Shown here in pieces: positions 13,001 to 27,126 of a stretch of 64,000 bases of DNA (the stretch's first letter is position 1; every line of letters begins with the position of its first letter). The notes under the pieces are model-generated. The model saw only the letters and a program-made list of their open reading frames with translations. It made no database searches and was not told where the DNA came from. The position numbers were made by a program, and so were the translations under genes. The stretch lies in contig NW_026974140.1 in assembly GCF_037042905.1 (NCBI RefSeq), positions 10,540,001 to 10,604,000 of the forward strand, in the 5' to 3' direction. The stretch is from Lytechinus pictus (taxonomy: Eukaryota).

Positions 13001-16000
13001 ATTTGAACCGAAGACCCATCTTTTCACCCAACTGAGTGAATGTGAGACATCTTGTTGGAGCCAGCGCCTTCGAATGTTTCTCACCAACAAATAGTGCTAT
13101 ACAAATGCTGTTCATCATCATCATCATCATTGAAGTGACTTACCTACTAAAACTGATATGACCTTAGGACTTGCATACTGCTCTACCTCTCTCAACCAGC
13201 TTGGTAGGGCATTGAAACTTTCTTTTGACGTCACATCAAAGACTAGTACCAGTGCATCTGCACTGTGATAATAGCTCTGAGTGATCGAACGAAACCTCTC
13301 CTGACCTGCAGTATCCCATATTTGTAACTAACAGGGAAGAGAAGGAAAAAAGTTTATAAACCACTATCACTGATAGACAACAAATAAAACACCCAAGTGA
13401 TCAGCCACTTCTAAACCAACAATCAGTCACTCAAAATGAATTTTTAGATTACAAAATCACATTCTCAGCTTTCCACTGATACACAGTGCGTATCAAAAAA
13501 AAGTTTACACTTTGAAAAGGCCCTGGGAATTAAAAAATATACAACATATGGGTATTTTTTTTCACATATAATCTTGGGTTTGGGTCTCATCTATCCAATG
13601 GAAGTAAAAGTTTTGATAGAATGTTACACTTGAGTGAGCACTGTCCATTTTTGTAAAGCTCGCAGAAATGCTTGTTTTCACGCTGTGTCAAGGGGGAAGG
13701 GCGAAATCAAACTTACCCTGCGAAATATTTCTCATACATTTCCTTTGCACTTTTAGTCAATTGAAATAAAACGGATACATTCAAGCATTTTGTAACAATT
13801 TTGCCACCCAAATTGAAATTTCAACACTTAGTACATGTAAGCACAACCTTTACCCTTTTTGTGCCAGCTGGATCTGAGGACATAACTGAATCTGAACAAA
13901 AGTTTATATCAGACTTCTCCAGCATTTTTTCACTAAGTTTTTATCATTTAAAGTGGGTTTACATTTCATTTTTCATTTAATACTTGTTTCTCCACACTTT
14001 TCCCAAGCTTGACAATGATTAACAAAATAAAATCAAGCCTAAGCCATTTCATGTAAATCACAGCTCAGTGTAAAGCAAATATCGTCACGATGGCCTCGGT
14101 GTGTGAGGGAGTGGGGTGGGGCGCAATGCACTCTTTGAAGTGTTTTGGGCAAGGAAACAAGTTAAAAAGGTAAGAGATATCTTCAAATCAATTTTACTAG
14201 CTAAATTCCACGTGTTCTTCATGATTAAGGTCTACTTTTATTCGCATAACTATTTCAAAGTTCTGCGCAAATCATTTTTCACTCACTTTTCATAAGTAAG
14301 TGGTGCTCACTCAAGCGGAAATATTTTTCGACAGATTTATCATCATTTGCTTAAATGGATCTGTACCAATATTAAAATGTGGAAAAATCTTCAGAATATT
14401 ACAAATGTATAATTTCACAGGATTTTTTCTAAGTGTAAACTTTTTTTGATACGCACTGTATAACATGTCAAAATAAATCAATAATAACCTGCACAAATAC
14501 TTCATCAAATGCAGAACAAATTCAGTGAGAGCTTCAAAGAATAAGGAGAAAATAATGTTTGTACACAGTGCAATCTCAGTGAAAATTCCAAGCAGTCCAC
14601 AAAACCACGAGTCAAAAAAACTCTTGTATCTTGTTTTCTATTCAACTTCACAACGTGAAATTAGAACAGTATGAAGGAGAAGGATTACTCTTTCAGATAA
14701 TTTTTTTACTTTTTGAAGACCAAATTACTGTTTGGCTATTTACAGAGAACCTTCCTGGGCGACTTATTGTTGGTTTTGAGGTGACCGATCACATGAATGC
14801 CTAGAACTGCAATTATTATGGTATATTAACAAGTTCAACGAAATACTGTTAGGGTTAAAAACAATGCATCGTGTGAACATTTTAGTTTTTTTCTTTGAGA
14901 ATATTGATTACTTACTACTAATCATCAATGTGCAGATTCATTGGATGTCTATATACGTTTCTTTTTTGCTGAATAGTGAACCCAGAGGGCCCGTATACTA
15001 ATTGCCAAACATAAGCCAGGTGTAATACATTCACACTGAATCAATGAGTAACATATTGTCAAACAAATGTTTCATCTCTGATATGGTAGGGGAATAAAAT
15101 GTTTTTGTTCAGAATATTAGTTGTACTAGGACTATTAACACATGTTTGTCTCATGTTTCAACTTGGTCTCAGCCAATTCTGGGATACAAATGTCTGTCTC
15201 CGAAATCATTGTCTTGGTCTTTTCAGAGACTTTCTCGAACATAACAGTCTCAGTGATATATTTCATGTGAAATATCTCTGCTCTTAATTATACATCAATT
15301 ATACTCTGGCTGTTCACATATATATAAATCTTTTTTCAACAAAATGTCACTATTCACAGAGGGGGAAATAATGGAACAATTGAAAAAAGATATGTTTCCG
15401 ATTGTGGGAGCTTTCCTGAGTAATGATTCACAGGCATAATCACCCAGCTTACCTTGACCTTTTCCCCACCGATCTCTATCGTCTTTATCATGAAATCAAC
15501 ACCTATAGTAGCACCCTGTCCAGGTGGAAATAAGCCCTGAAATAACAAAAAGCAACAAAATCTCAAAATAAATTGTTTTCAAGAACCATCCATCTTGCAA
15601 TATCCAATTTAAGAAATACTCACTTTACTCCACCACAATGATTGTTCATCTAAAGTGAAACAATACCAGGGTAGTATTTCATGAAGTATCTTGTGAGTAA
15701 TTTTCACTTGTAAATCTGTTCTGCACCGATCAGATGCAAGAGTTCACTAGCTCATAACAAATAGTCATTGAAATCACTGACTACAATATTTACTTCATGG
15801 AATGCTCCCCTGTAAAGACAAAGACAAGTGTCTTTGTCTTTACAGGGGTTTAGTGTTAAAAAAAGGAAAAAATAAAAGTAAAAATATGTTGCAACATAGG
15901 GATTTTTTTTATTAGAAAAGAAAGCAGGTAGCGACACATAGGATAGAGAATGAAAATGTTATATGAGGGTGGACTCAATATACTTAGAGCACTGCCAGAA

Positions 16001-16387
16001 TCTTAGAAGCAAAACGGCTTACCAAAATAAAGTGATCTCTACTTGTTTTGCATGATCTATAAGGATTTGAGGAAAACCTATATCCATTTCTTTGTTGGGG
16101 GAAAAATATGAGGTAAATGTCTAAAACTTTTGGGACTGCAGAAATTTGCTGAACCTCAGAAAGAAAAATACTTCCTTCATTTTCTGGTATGAATAATTGC
16201 ACTGACTTTAAAATGGTACCTTAACCAATTATGGAAGTTAAACTAATTTAATAATGCAGATCCCTTTAAAACTACACTCAATCAATCAATCAATGCTCAC
16301 CTGTGTGAAACGCCTAACAAGACATGTTTTGCCGACCCCAGCATTGCCAATCAGAACAACTTTAAATAGATACTTGTAATCCTCCAT
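9820..16387 (-). CDS. RAB30: Ras-related protein Rab-30, spliced CDS join(16301..16387, 15453..15536, 13144..13327, 9820..10061), 198 aa
   Basis: Manual splicing at GT-AG boundaries with consistent phases gives [29 protein letters not shown]|[28 protein letters not shown]|[20 protein letters not shown]...VISVLVG|NKIDL...[10 protein letters not shown]...STCCKG*. G1-G5 motifs are present, along with the Rab30-typical [15 protein letters not shown] and a C-terminal CC prenylation motif. Confidence 0.96.
10135..10350 (-). mobile_element. SINE copy, same family
   Basis: Shares gcattcaagga ... ccgggtacccattcacctcacctgg ... tttcttgctgaaggaaaa with the 5636 copy. Confidence 0.75.
10606..12207. mobile_element. 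Small Harbinger-like MITE interrupted by the 10723-12156 element
   Basis: TIR tgggtgtttcataaagctgtt / aacagctttatgaaacaccca. Confidence 0.7.
10723..12156. mobile_element. hAT-like MITE in the last RAB30 intron, nested in a small MITE
   Basis: TIR caggcgcgtagccagg / cctggctacgcggttg, perfect 8-bp TSD tgttacag. Confidence 0.85.
12870..13130 (+). mobile_element. L2-like LINE 3' remnant
   Basis: Encodes [15 protein letters not shown] ... KTHLF-like residues, then gctatacaaatg and a (cat)n tail. Confidence 0.55.
13144..13327 (-). CDS. RAB30: RAB30 coding exon 3
   Basis: 184 nt, tag|TTA ... G|gtaagt; encodes the WDTAGQERF switch II motif. Confidence 0.95.
13484..14458. mobile_element. Tc1/mariner-like MITE
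   Basis: TIR cagtgcgtatcaaaaaaaagtttacactt / aagtgtaaactttttttgatacgcactg; TA on the right flank. Confidence 0.8.
15453..15536 (-). CDS. RAB30: RAB30 coding exon 2
   Basis: tttcag|GGC ... AAG|gtaag; encodes [28 protein letters not shown]. Confidence 0.95.
16301..16387 (-). CDS. RAB30: RAB30 coding exon 1 (exon extends 5' to the acceptor, about 16443)
   Basis: ATG in strong context (gtcATGg), P-loop GNAGVGKT, donor CAG|gtgag. Confidence 0.95.
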
Positions 16388-17481
16388 GACCAAAGATGAT
16401 CTTCATCAAAAGCAGGAAAGGAATATGCTTCAAGACTGATGATCTGTAGACAAGAACAAAAAACAAATTAGGTTCTTTTCAGGTAAAATCACATGGGAAA
16501 GGTGGAAACGTATAAGGGGGTGAAAAGTGTCATGCCACTGTGAGTTAATCATGGTTAGTTGTGCTGATTATGGAATTCCATAGGAATTGTGTATCATGCA
16601 CTGCTGTCTCAGTCAATCCAACGCAAATAAAAACTTGTTTCTTGAGAACTAGAAAAATCAGACAAGTTGATACATGTAGATGACAGTTTTAACAATATCA
16701 GACAAACAATAAGAAAGTTATGAATTTTTAAAAGTTGTAAGTATTAGTAATCACTATACACATGAAGACTCATATTGGCTGCATATGTGATGTACATGTA
16801 AGGCAAGGACTACTCTTACATGTACTCCAATACATAAAATGGCTAAAATGTCATTCTATTCAAAAGTTGTACTTCAAATTATATTTTTCTTTCATGAGGA
16901 CATAAAACAATTACTACCTGGGCTATATTTAGATTACTGCCCCAGGGGAATAGGTACTTAATTACAAAACCACAAATCCCTGATGCATGGCTTATGGGAA
17001 AGTTGTCCTTGCCCCTTGCCCAGTTGCCAATTTGAAATCTACAGTCTTAGGGATCTCAATTTTAAAACAGCCATTACTTTCTTATTGCTTGTCTGATTTC
17101 TTTCAAACTGTCACCACTCTGTCTTATTTATTTTTCTCCATTCCAACACATATTATGACCAAGGCTGGATTCCCCTTTCACAAATTAATCACAACGCTAT
17201 TATGGATGTATCTGACCTTTATCTTTAGGTCCATTTCAATTGGCGCTGCAGTTACATGGTAAATAACCTCTTACTTTGCTCAGAAATATCACTCAAAAGT
17301 AATTATTAGTACAGAAATCAGAAATAAATATATATCATTACCAACAAGGATATTGTATTATAATAACATCTTGCCCCCCCCCCAAAAAAAAAAAACATGC
17401 AAATATTTATGCATCAATCACAAACTTTACACATGTAATACACGTACACAGATATTCAATAAAGAGCTATGAAAATGTTAA

Positions 17482-18336
17482 AGCTAAATTACAGTAGTTG
17501 CAGTAAAACACTGATTTCGTGAGAAAGTCTGTAAAACCAAGGTTAAGTATGACTATATCATCGTGGATCTAGATCTGGTACAGTTACATAAACTGAACTT
17601 TGTGAAATCATAAAATCTAAGCTGAAATACGATCACACTGAAGATCGCCAACACAGATAGGCACACGTAGGACAGTGTATTATTATTGCTGGAATAAAGA
17701 CCCGAAGGAAGTGACCGAATCCGCGCTTATTTTGCTTATTTCTCAGCAATTACACAATTTCTTCCAGAATCCTTTGGCACATATTTTTTATTCATACAAA
17801 CAGACACTTGGGTGGTCATTATATTAGATTCTGTAAAAAGTCATTTTGAGATCGTTACCAAAACTGGAATTTACCTTTAACTTTCAGACATTTCTCGCAA
17901 GGGTGCCAAAATACTGTCTCAAATCCACGATAATGCCAAATGTTTAAAGGTAAAAGACAGTAGTTGCAGCAAACAATTATTTCATGAGAAAGTCTTTAAA
18001 ATCAAGGCTAATTGCCACAATATTATCATAGATCTAAATCTGGTACATTGAAATAAACTTATCTTTGTGAATTCTTGATATTTTAGCTGAAAACCGATAA
18101 TTCTGATGATCACCAACACAGGAAAGCATATGTGGGACAGTGTATCATTGCTCGGAAAAATACCTGAAATTTGATGGAATTCCGTGCTTATTTTGCTCAT
18201 TTCTCAGCGATTATGCATTTTCTTTTCACTTGGCACATATTTTTCATTCATACAAGTATACAAACACTTTAGTGGTAATTTCATTGGATTCTGTTCGAAC
18301 TCATTTTGCGCTCGTAACCAAAACTGGTATTTATCT
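17482..18336. mobile_element. Two adjacent related TTAA-flanked MITEs (17482-17876, 17948-18336)
   Basis: Both start ttaaag..aaa..acagtagttgcag and end aaaactgg.attta.cttt; collinear similarity throughout. Confidence 0.7.
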
Positions 18337-18412
18337 TTGATATTCAGTCCAACTTCAGCTTATGCCCCCGCCACCCTTCCATTGGATTCTGGATTATTCT
18401 CACATTCGCATG

Positions 18413-19343
18413 CAGGGGCATCGATCCAATTTTCAGATTGGAGGGGCAAAATCATGAATCAACGTTCCAAAGGCGCTCGATCACACAAAACGAACAAACT
18501 CACCCACACACACCCTATACACCCCCACAAACATAGGCCTATATTATATATGCATATATATACATATATATATATATTTATTTATATATATATATATATA
18601 TGACTCATGAGAAAGGGACATAAATCTCATCCTCACCAACAAATTAATGTGAGCGCGAAGCGCGAGCTGAAATTTTTTAGTACACTGACATGAAAACAGG
18701 AAAAAGGTTCCTGTTTAGGACTGTTTGTAGTAACTCATGAGGGGGATAGATACATGTATCTCACTGCACAGATGTGAGTGCCGATAGCGAGCTGAAATTT
18801 CTTTATATTCTGACCTGAAAGCTTGTTATTCTAAGTATTTTGGGTACCATGATTAAGATGGGTATCTAGAAGAACAATAGATGCGAGCGCGAAGCGCGAA
18901 CTGAAAATTTTGATATTTCGATCTGAAAAAATGACAGTTTAATGGACGATTTTTAATAAAGAACAAGATATATATCCAACAAAAGATTATTGCAAATCGA
19001 AGCGGGAGTTCTTTTGAGGTTTAGAACTAAAAACGGGACATTCTATTCACCTATTTAATCATTAAAGTATGGGTTTTTGCTTCAGAAATGATGCGAGCGC
19101 GAAGTGCGAGCTGAAATTTTTTATATTCCAATCTGAAAAGCGGACATTTTGAGCACGATTTAAAATAAAGAACTAGTTGGTATCTCGATCTCGCTTGCTG
19201 ATTTCCGTGTAACATTACAATCTCATTTTATTTTTAGTTGCACATGCGGAATTATTGGGGGGGCAAAATGATATGTTTGCCCCCCAATATTTTCATTGGT
19301 GGGGCAATCACCCCCCCCTGCCCCCCCAGGATCGACGCCTCTG
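18413..19343. mobile_element. hAT-like MITE with internal gcgagcgcgaagcgcgagctgaaa subrepeats
   Basis: TIR caggggcatcgatcc / ggatcgacgcctctg; 8-bp TSD ttcgcatg / ctcgcatg (7 of 8 match). Confidence 0.75.
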
Positions 19344-21099
19344 CTCGCATGTCAGCCACACAAACAGCTGATTTGCTCAGACATATCCCAGGAGGCTCCT
19401 GGAGATTAAAGTCATACCACTGACGTGCTTAATCTCCATGGAGCCAGGGACAAGATGCCATTGCACGACACGCACCGTCTATTTTCCCAAAATTAACCTT
19501 AGCCAAAATTATAACTTATAAATATAACTTTTCTTTACAATTACGGTTTTGAGCCCAAACTTATTATGTAAATGGGCTACAAATACAAGTATATTTACCC
19601 CCACAAGCACTAATGGTGCGTGATTCAAATAAAGTTAGAAATGACACATGATTTTTAGTCCTACCCAACAACATACGTCAAGATCAAGGGCACTAGCATT
19701 GATTTACCTGCTAGTAGCAGGTCAATCAATCAAGGTCGGAGTGAAGTCAGTGAACCACTCATCATGCTCATCCAAATCTAAAGTAAAACTACAGGTAAGT
19801 ACATCTAAAACATTATAGAAAGTGTTCTATCAAATATGTATTAGTGTTAAAGCAAATATTGTACCATAGAGTGTAGACCAAAAGCTTCAGTCTCTGTATT
19901 TTGGTTGTTCCGCTGAACTACGTTGGCTCCACTCACCAATACATAGACTGAAGAGTTGTTGGCCCGTGGCTATAGACAACGTATAAGTGAACTAACGTTT
20001 TACAGGTCGAGATTTAAAACTGTTTTTAAGCAAAATTTACAGTTTCATGGTTTCCATTATCAGGGAAATATAAATAACTTAACTAATTGCGTATCTTGGA
20101 CCGGAGTTATTGAAAAATTTCTCTGGATGATTGAGAAATCTTTCATCTAAGACATTTTCACCTATTTTTTTATATATTCAAGACAGTAGTTAGGTAGTTT
20201 CTAAATCCTTAGACTGTAAATTCGATTAAAAAAAAAAAATTAAAATCTGGATAGTTAGTCGGCGAATTGGTGGAAGTGATACTGATAACACTAACAGTAA
20301 CACATCACTCAGTCATCATGCTAACCCAGGGAGCTCCCGCCCGCTGTGCGGGCGGGAGCCCAGGGGCTTACCGTGTATTTGACCATACTCACGGGACTAG
20401 GGTGATTTATGGTCTAAATATTTCTCCAAATGAATTGTGAAAACAGAAATTATGCACTTACCACGATTATATGGATGAAGGTCTAAGGAGTGGCAGTTTC
20501 CTGACATCTGGGCCCTGTTGCAAAAAAGTTTATGTATTGATTTATGTCATGATTTATGTTACGATTCATGTCATACAGCATAAATCATGACATAAACACA
20601 ACTCTTGACATAAATCCGTTGCATAAAGCTTTATGTCATAAATCACGACATAAAATCATGACATAAATCCCTTTGAATGACATAAATTTATGTCGTGATT
20701 AAAATCAAGACATAAACGGCGGCTTTCCACAAGAAGTGACTTAAGGGTAATTTTACGATTATTTTTTATAATTATGCCCTCTGTAATTTGAAGATATTTT
20801 GAGTTTTACTTGGAGTTTTGAAATAATTTTTTTGTCATTGGATAGCGTATGATGTATTCTTTCAATATTTGAAAAACTAACAATCATAAATCTTTCCCTT
20901 ATTTTTATAAGCAAAACTAGGCCTAAGCATAATAGTTAATTTGTTTACTTCGTTATGGATAGGACATTTTCCTTAGAATAATATCATAATTTATATCAAC
21001 GTCACATATTTTTCAAGCACCACCCCTCCCTCCCGAAATAATGATGATAAATTTGACTTTCAGTCTAGAATCGCCCCTTTTGTGCTTAATTCAGATGTG

Positions 21100-21750
21100 A
21101 TTAAACAAGAAATATGGTACACACATCAATTGGATGACTTCAAGTCCGGTGTTGGCGTTGGTTGGAATGGCGATTGCTTCCCCTAGCTCCAAAACCTATT
21201 TTGTGTGTTAGAAATCATGTTGCCATGGTAACGGCATATTATATGACAACAAAATTGTAAAATACTTTCAGTTTTAATTTCTTCATCAATTTTCAACCAA
21301 TTCTCTTGAAATTTGGTTCACACATTAAGAGGTAAAGGTGTGAGAGACACATATTTTGTGTGTGTCGGAAGTTGTGTTGCCATGGTTACAACATATTATA
21401 AGCCCCAAATTGGGTAAAAATCTATTGGTTCCAACTACTTGATTAGTTTTCAACCAATTCTCATGAAATTTGGCTCACGCATTGGTCTCGAGGTAAAGAT
21501 ATATACAGGACATTTTTTTGCATGTGTCGGAAATCGTGTTGCCTTGGTAACATTATATAATATGTCAAAAATTAGGCAAAAATTTTGTGGTTCAAACTAC
21601 TTCATCAGTAATTCTCATGATTTGCTCACACATACATGTAGGTCTTGGGTAAAGATGGACAAGACATATTTTTCCCCATGTGTTGGAAACTTTTGCCATG
21701 GTAACGGCGTAGGGCAGGGGTATTAATCACCTTCATTGATAGTTCTAGTT
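21100..21750. repeat. Interspersed repeat with tandem gttgccatggtaac cores, nested in the Harbinger element
   Basis: Four ttgccatggtaac-like units about 160 bp apart; ends ...ttctagttt. Confidence 0.5.
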
Positions 21751-24700
21751 TAATTTACCCAAAAGTTTTGCTCGCTCGCAGTTTTTAGAAATTTTTGCCC
21801 TTTACGCCATATCTGCCCCATAGAAATTTAAATTTCTAAAGCCATCCCCTAAACTAAAAGAAAAATCCTTCACGGAGAACAATATTTGTCAGTCAATTCC
21901 AAACCATGAACACCGATATTGACAACCATGCATATATCCCTGTAATAATTTTTTCATTATTTTGTATTTCTTTATAATTTCAATTGTCTATTTTATAAGC
22001 GTGTCATGGAACCCTCTTGCCAGTGCAGTTTAGGCGAGGGTAACGAAATTGGAAGCACAATGGAGCAATTTCGTCAAGAAAATATTGGACAGAAAAAATA
22101 AATAAATAGGCCTAAATAAAAATGTTCCTCATTTCCGACCAAAGGTCTAATCAGATGGTTTGGGTTTTTTGCCAAGATAGAATAAAAAAAGGGGTTTTTC
22201 TTGCCCAAAACTGGCAATTGGAGATAGAGCGAGTTAGGGGGGGGGGGGGGACTTTAAAAAAATGCCCACTTATTGTCCAAATTCCAAGAGGAGTGAACAT
22301 GAGGGACCACTACTCATCAAAGCTTTGTCCCTAAATTGGGGCACGTTCATGCCACCTATATCCCTTGATCCATACCTCTGTCACCCATCATTTATATTTT
22401 TTCATCTTTGAGCACCTGGCCATTTTCTTTCTATCTCTCTCTCATCAAATGTAATCCCCCCCCCAAAAAAAATGCTTTATCCTCTTTTCCCCTTTCATTA
22501 TCATCCTCCCTCCGAGATTGGCCCACTATCATTCTCGGAACTTATCTCTCCAATTCTCAATATATCTATCTCTGTTAATGACTCCTTCACATTCATAGTT
22601 TTTTTTTCTTTCCCTTTTCCCATTCTAATTCACCTCGCCCCCCCTTTCTCTCTCATTATTCCTTATACAGTATAATCTTTGCATCTCTGGATCTTTCTCA
22701 CTTTTATATGAAATTTCCTTTTAATTTCTCGCCCTTGCTACTTCAAATCTTCATCTCAATCAATTATTTTCCTAATTTGACAATTTATGGGACAATATTC
22801 AGAGTTCATAAAAAAACAATCATACAATTTTCTACAAATATTAATTACTATTTCTAGTAGGGAAACAAGTGTGTTCTGAGGGGCAAATCATATTTTAACC
22901 ACACCCCACCCCCTCCCGATTCAATAAAAAAACGAACAAAGAGATGAAACAAAAAGAATGACATTTTATGTAAATTTATTACTTTTAAAATAAATACACA
23001 GTAAAATTTGTAAAACAATGCAATTTTGTTACCTTTCCCATGTCCTTTAATCATGACTGTATAAATATGATTTAAAGAGGTACATGGATTCAAATAAAAC
23101 ATAGTTATATCATAAATGAATACAATACATGTACCTCAATCAAGTGTACAACTACAAACATGATACATAATAATACATCTTAAAAAACAAGAATAACTAA
23201 ATCCTATTTTTATGCTTAATAAATATTTCCATTTAAAAGAGACAAAAATTTATGTAATATCATGAAGAGGAACTCACAGTGATGTTATTTATTCTTCTTC
23301 TCCTTTTCTCCTCTTCCACCCCTCCTCTTCTTTTTCTTCTTCATCTTCTTCTTTTCCTCCTCCTTTTTGGTTGTCTTCTTTTCTACTTATTATTCATTTG
23401 TATTATTATGACCTATCATCATTAACATAATAATTTTATGATAACAATCATAAAAAGATATCCACAATGTCAATATAATGATTATTATCTCTGAAAAAAT
23501 GAAAATTAGTACTTTTGATAATTTTCAAATCTTAAAGAGAATACTTCAGGGTACAGCCAGATAGTTCACTTGCCATGTGCAACCAGGTCCATGACGTCAC
23601 GTCTTCAACAGTCTTGACTCTTGAACAATCTGAAATAAGAAGATTCAGTGAAAACAACTTTAGCAACTCAACTTGATAATAGTAGAGTGTTCACATACAT
23701 GTACATGCATGATGTATATCTTCAAGATTATGAAAGAGCCTTTTGAGATTGCAATCCCAGGCTTAAATAAAAAATATATATAAAGTAAAATAAAAAATGG
23801 GTTAATAGTCTCCGAATATTATTTTTTATACCCTTACATGGTTGTAAGAATATATTTCATTTCAATCAAGTCATTGGAGAAAATGTTCATATGTGGCGAA
23901 AAAATACAACACAAAATTGAGGTCAAGGTCATGTTTATTTATCAACTTGCCACCTCTCCCTTCTACTCCTACCACTATTTTATTCTTAAATGCACTTATA
24001 TTGTGTTTATGCTTGTAAGCTCACATTGTTAGTCTCTTTGTTGAGATTCTAATAAAAAATATAAATCAACTGAATCTGAATCTCTTGCAAAAGTTAAGTG
24101 GATAATAATTGTTACAATAGTATGGATCCAATAGTCTTCCTACATTTTGTTTTAATTTTGACGTGTTACATTGTTTTTGCTCTTACATATTTTTGAGAAT
24201 GCATTCCATAATTATATTGTCATTAATTGAAATATTAAGAGAGCTCAGTTGTCAATTGAAACTTGACTTTCTAAAAAAAAATCATGAGATTGATACCATC
24301 CATTTTTGTGAGTAAATTTAAGATGAAATTATTACAAGATGTGGATGAATTGTAAAAGAGATTCATATTTGTAAATTAATAATATATAACAGTACATCGC
24401 ATTTACAACCGCTCTTAAGAACAATAAAATAAATTAGAATAAATATTACCGTACAGTATACTTGTATTTACAAGTAGAATATTTAATAAACACAACTTTA
24501 TATAAAAACTCACCTTCATACTAAAAGAGATTTCTTGTTCAATGGCACACATTGGCAGAGTTTGTGGACTTCCATCTCCTTCCAGTTGCAATCCCCCTCT
24601 TTATTTCTACCTCTTCTCACCGTTTGTGTGGTTCAACTGTTAGGAAAGTGAATACCAAATTTTTAATAGTAACAGATGAGATGAATTCATATTTACATTA

Positions 24701-26974
24701 TGTATAAACAACTGAAGTCCCTTCTTTAAAAAATATTTTAATCATTACAGATTTTGTCAAATATAATTTGACAGGGGTGTTGGGAGAGTTTCACTGGCTA
24801 TTTTCAGAACTGTGTAAAAATGAATTATATCCATGAGTGCATTGAGAATACAAATCAAAGGCAAATAAGGAGTCATTCAACCTTGAAATGGTTTGATGAA
24901 AACACTAAGAAGGTTCAAATTTGAACCTTAGGGGTTGGTACAATAAGGAGTACCAATAAGAGCAATTATGCTCATTTGTGCACCTTTATGGGTGTAGCAG
25001 ATTTGAACCATGTAATTAAGGTTAAAAGATTTGAACATTTTTAATGTTTAAGTAATACTATTATGCACCTTAAAAGGTAAAATGTTGCCCCTTTTATTGT
25101 GCAAACAAACATTTCTGGGTGCAAACAATAATGACATGGTCAATTTTTGCACCTTTTATCACTTAGGGTGCAATATTGCAAGGAGAGTACAAGTGTTTCA
25201 TTTAGGCTTCAAATTCCTTTTTTCTGTTAGAAAAATATGTTAGAAAATTAATTTACACACGCAATATATGAATACTTCTAATGAAGATAGGTTTTGATAG
25301 GTAAGAAAATTGTAGGCCTTATAATTTTATTATTTATGCAAAAATTAGGGATTTAAAAAAATTCAAATTGCCAATGTTTTTTTTTCAAAAAAAAAAGCAC
25401 CCCTTTAATGATTTATCCTCTTTAGAGTAAATAGGTAAAAGAAATAGAATATAGTACAAAAAATTATTGATAACAGTCACCAAGAGAATTTCAATTATCA
25501 TGGTTATTTTATCCACAGATCAGAAACCAAATCTTGTAGTTACCGGTAATGGAAAGGACTTTTCTCCAAGCATATTACTTGTGCATTGGTTTAAAATTAA
25601 TAGAAAAGGCATTTGATAAGGTTTTTAACCTGTTAAACAAATCAAAGAACTAAAATGTGCACTTTATCCTCAGAAGTGTTTTAAACTTATCAAACAGGTA
25701 GCTTGTCTACATGCCAGCAGCCAGCTCGCAGAGAATATATTCAAATCAGACAACACAGAGGATACATACATGTAGATCTATTTTTTGTTGTTGACTGCAT
25801 GTTTAACTTATTGCTTTTGTTAAAAATTGGAAGTCTAAAATATCAATCGAAGATGTACATTAATATCTATATTAGATATCAACATACAATGTAGTCATCA
25901 GTCTCATCAGACAAGTTTTTTGTGTGAAATTACATGTCTTTTCAGTTTAGTGTTTAACTTAATTAGTTCAGGGTGTAATTCTCCCCCCCCCCCTTTCTTT
26001 CCCTTCCTGTTCAGTAGTCTCCAGTCTTTAACAGAGGGTGACCCAGGGTTTTCTAGATTATTTTATCACCTTTATTACACACCAATCACTTTTTTTTTCT
26101 TAACGGAGAGGACCCCCCCCCCCCCAACTCGCTCATAGGGTCTTATACTCTACATGTTATTGCAGTGCACATCTACCAACTGATGAATCTTGACTAGATT
26201 TAGGCCTCTACCCCTGGCATTAGAAAACAATATTAGAGCTAGACTACCCTATTCCATAGCTCTATCAAAAACCCAGGGGGCTCCACCACCTTAGCGTACG
26301 CAGTGGAGGCCCCGCCTCCCAAAGGTCTAAGTTAGAACCTCGGTACTAGACTATTTGAATTTTGATATCAGAGTTAAGAAGCCAGGCTAAAGATTAGACA
26401 TAGAATGGATCTACAGTAACATTTGTAGTTCTAGTAGATCTATAATGTTAGATAATCTATGATAGATAGGCCCTACAAATGATTAGCTTACTAATGATGT
26501 AAAGACAGTTTCAATTTTGGGCCCTAGAATATACAAATAAATTACAAGCGATCGCTCGTTCTGTATGAGCTAGATCTATTTCAGATCTCTTGTATTGCTA
26601 AACTAGATTGGGTACCGAATTAGGTCTCGATTTTGATTTATAATAAAAGCATGAATGGAAGGAACCCAGGCCAGACCCGGTCCAGGGCTGCACCACCTCA
26701 TTCCCTGGCCAGAACCAAGGCCCAAACCGGGGTAGGCCTACATGTAGATCTAGTAAAGTAGTAATACAATGGTAGGGCCAGCTCAGCTCACCAAGACAAA
26801 TTTAAATTTCTTCGATCTAGATCTAGACCTGGGAGGTCTAGTGACTAGTCTAAGTCTAACTTAGACCCTAGATAGAAAACTAGATCAGAATAGATCTACT
26901 GACTACTGCAGATCTAGACTAGAACTTAAAAGGGGCCAAGCTAATATAGCTAATATAGCTAGGGCCTGGCCCTG

Positions 26975-27126
26975 CCTACCTCAGGCGAGGGCTCGTATAT
27001 AGGCTCGAATACACTTCACTACCGCTACCCTCCGCTCCACCTATCTGATACTAGTGGAGCGGACGGTAGCGGTAGTGAAGTATACTATCTATAGTGGAGC
27101 CTATACGAACCCTCGCTTGAGGTAGG
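26975..27126. repeat. Hairpin/inverted repeat of about 150 bp (mini-MITE-like)
   Basis: cctacctcaggcgaggg ... acttcactaccgctacc.tccgctccac / gtggagcgga.ggtagcggtagtgaagt ... ccctcgcttgaggtagg. Confidence 0.75.

Noticed and set aside
19700-19900. RAB30 non-coding first exon or promoter
   Set aside because: Only a donor-like CAG|gtaaat is visible, which is insufficient to call without transcript data.
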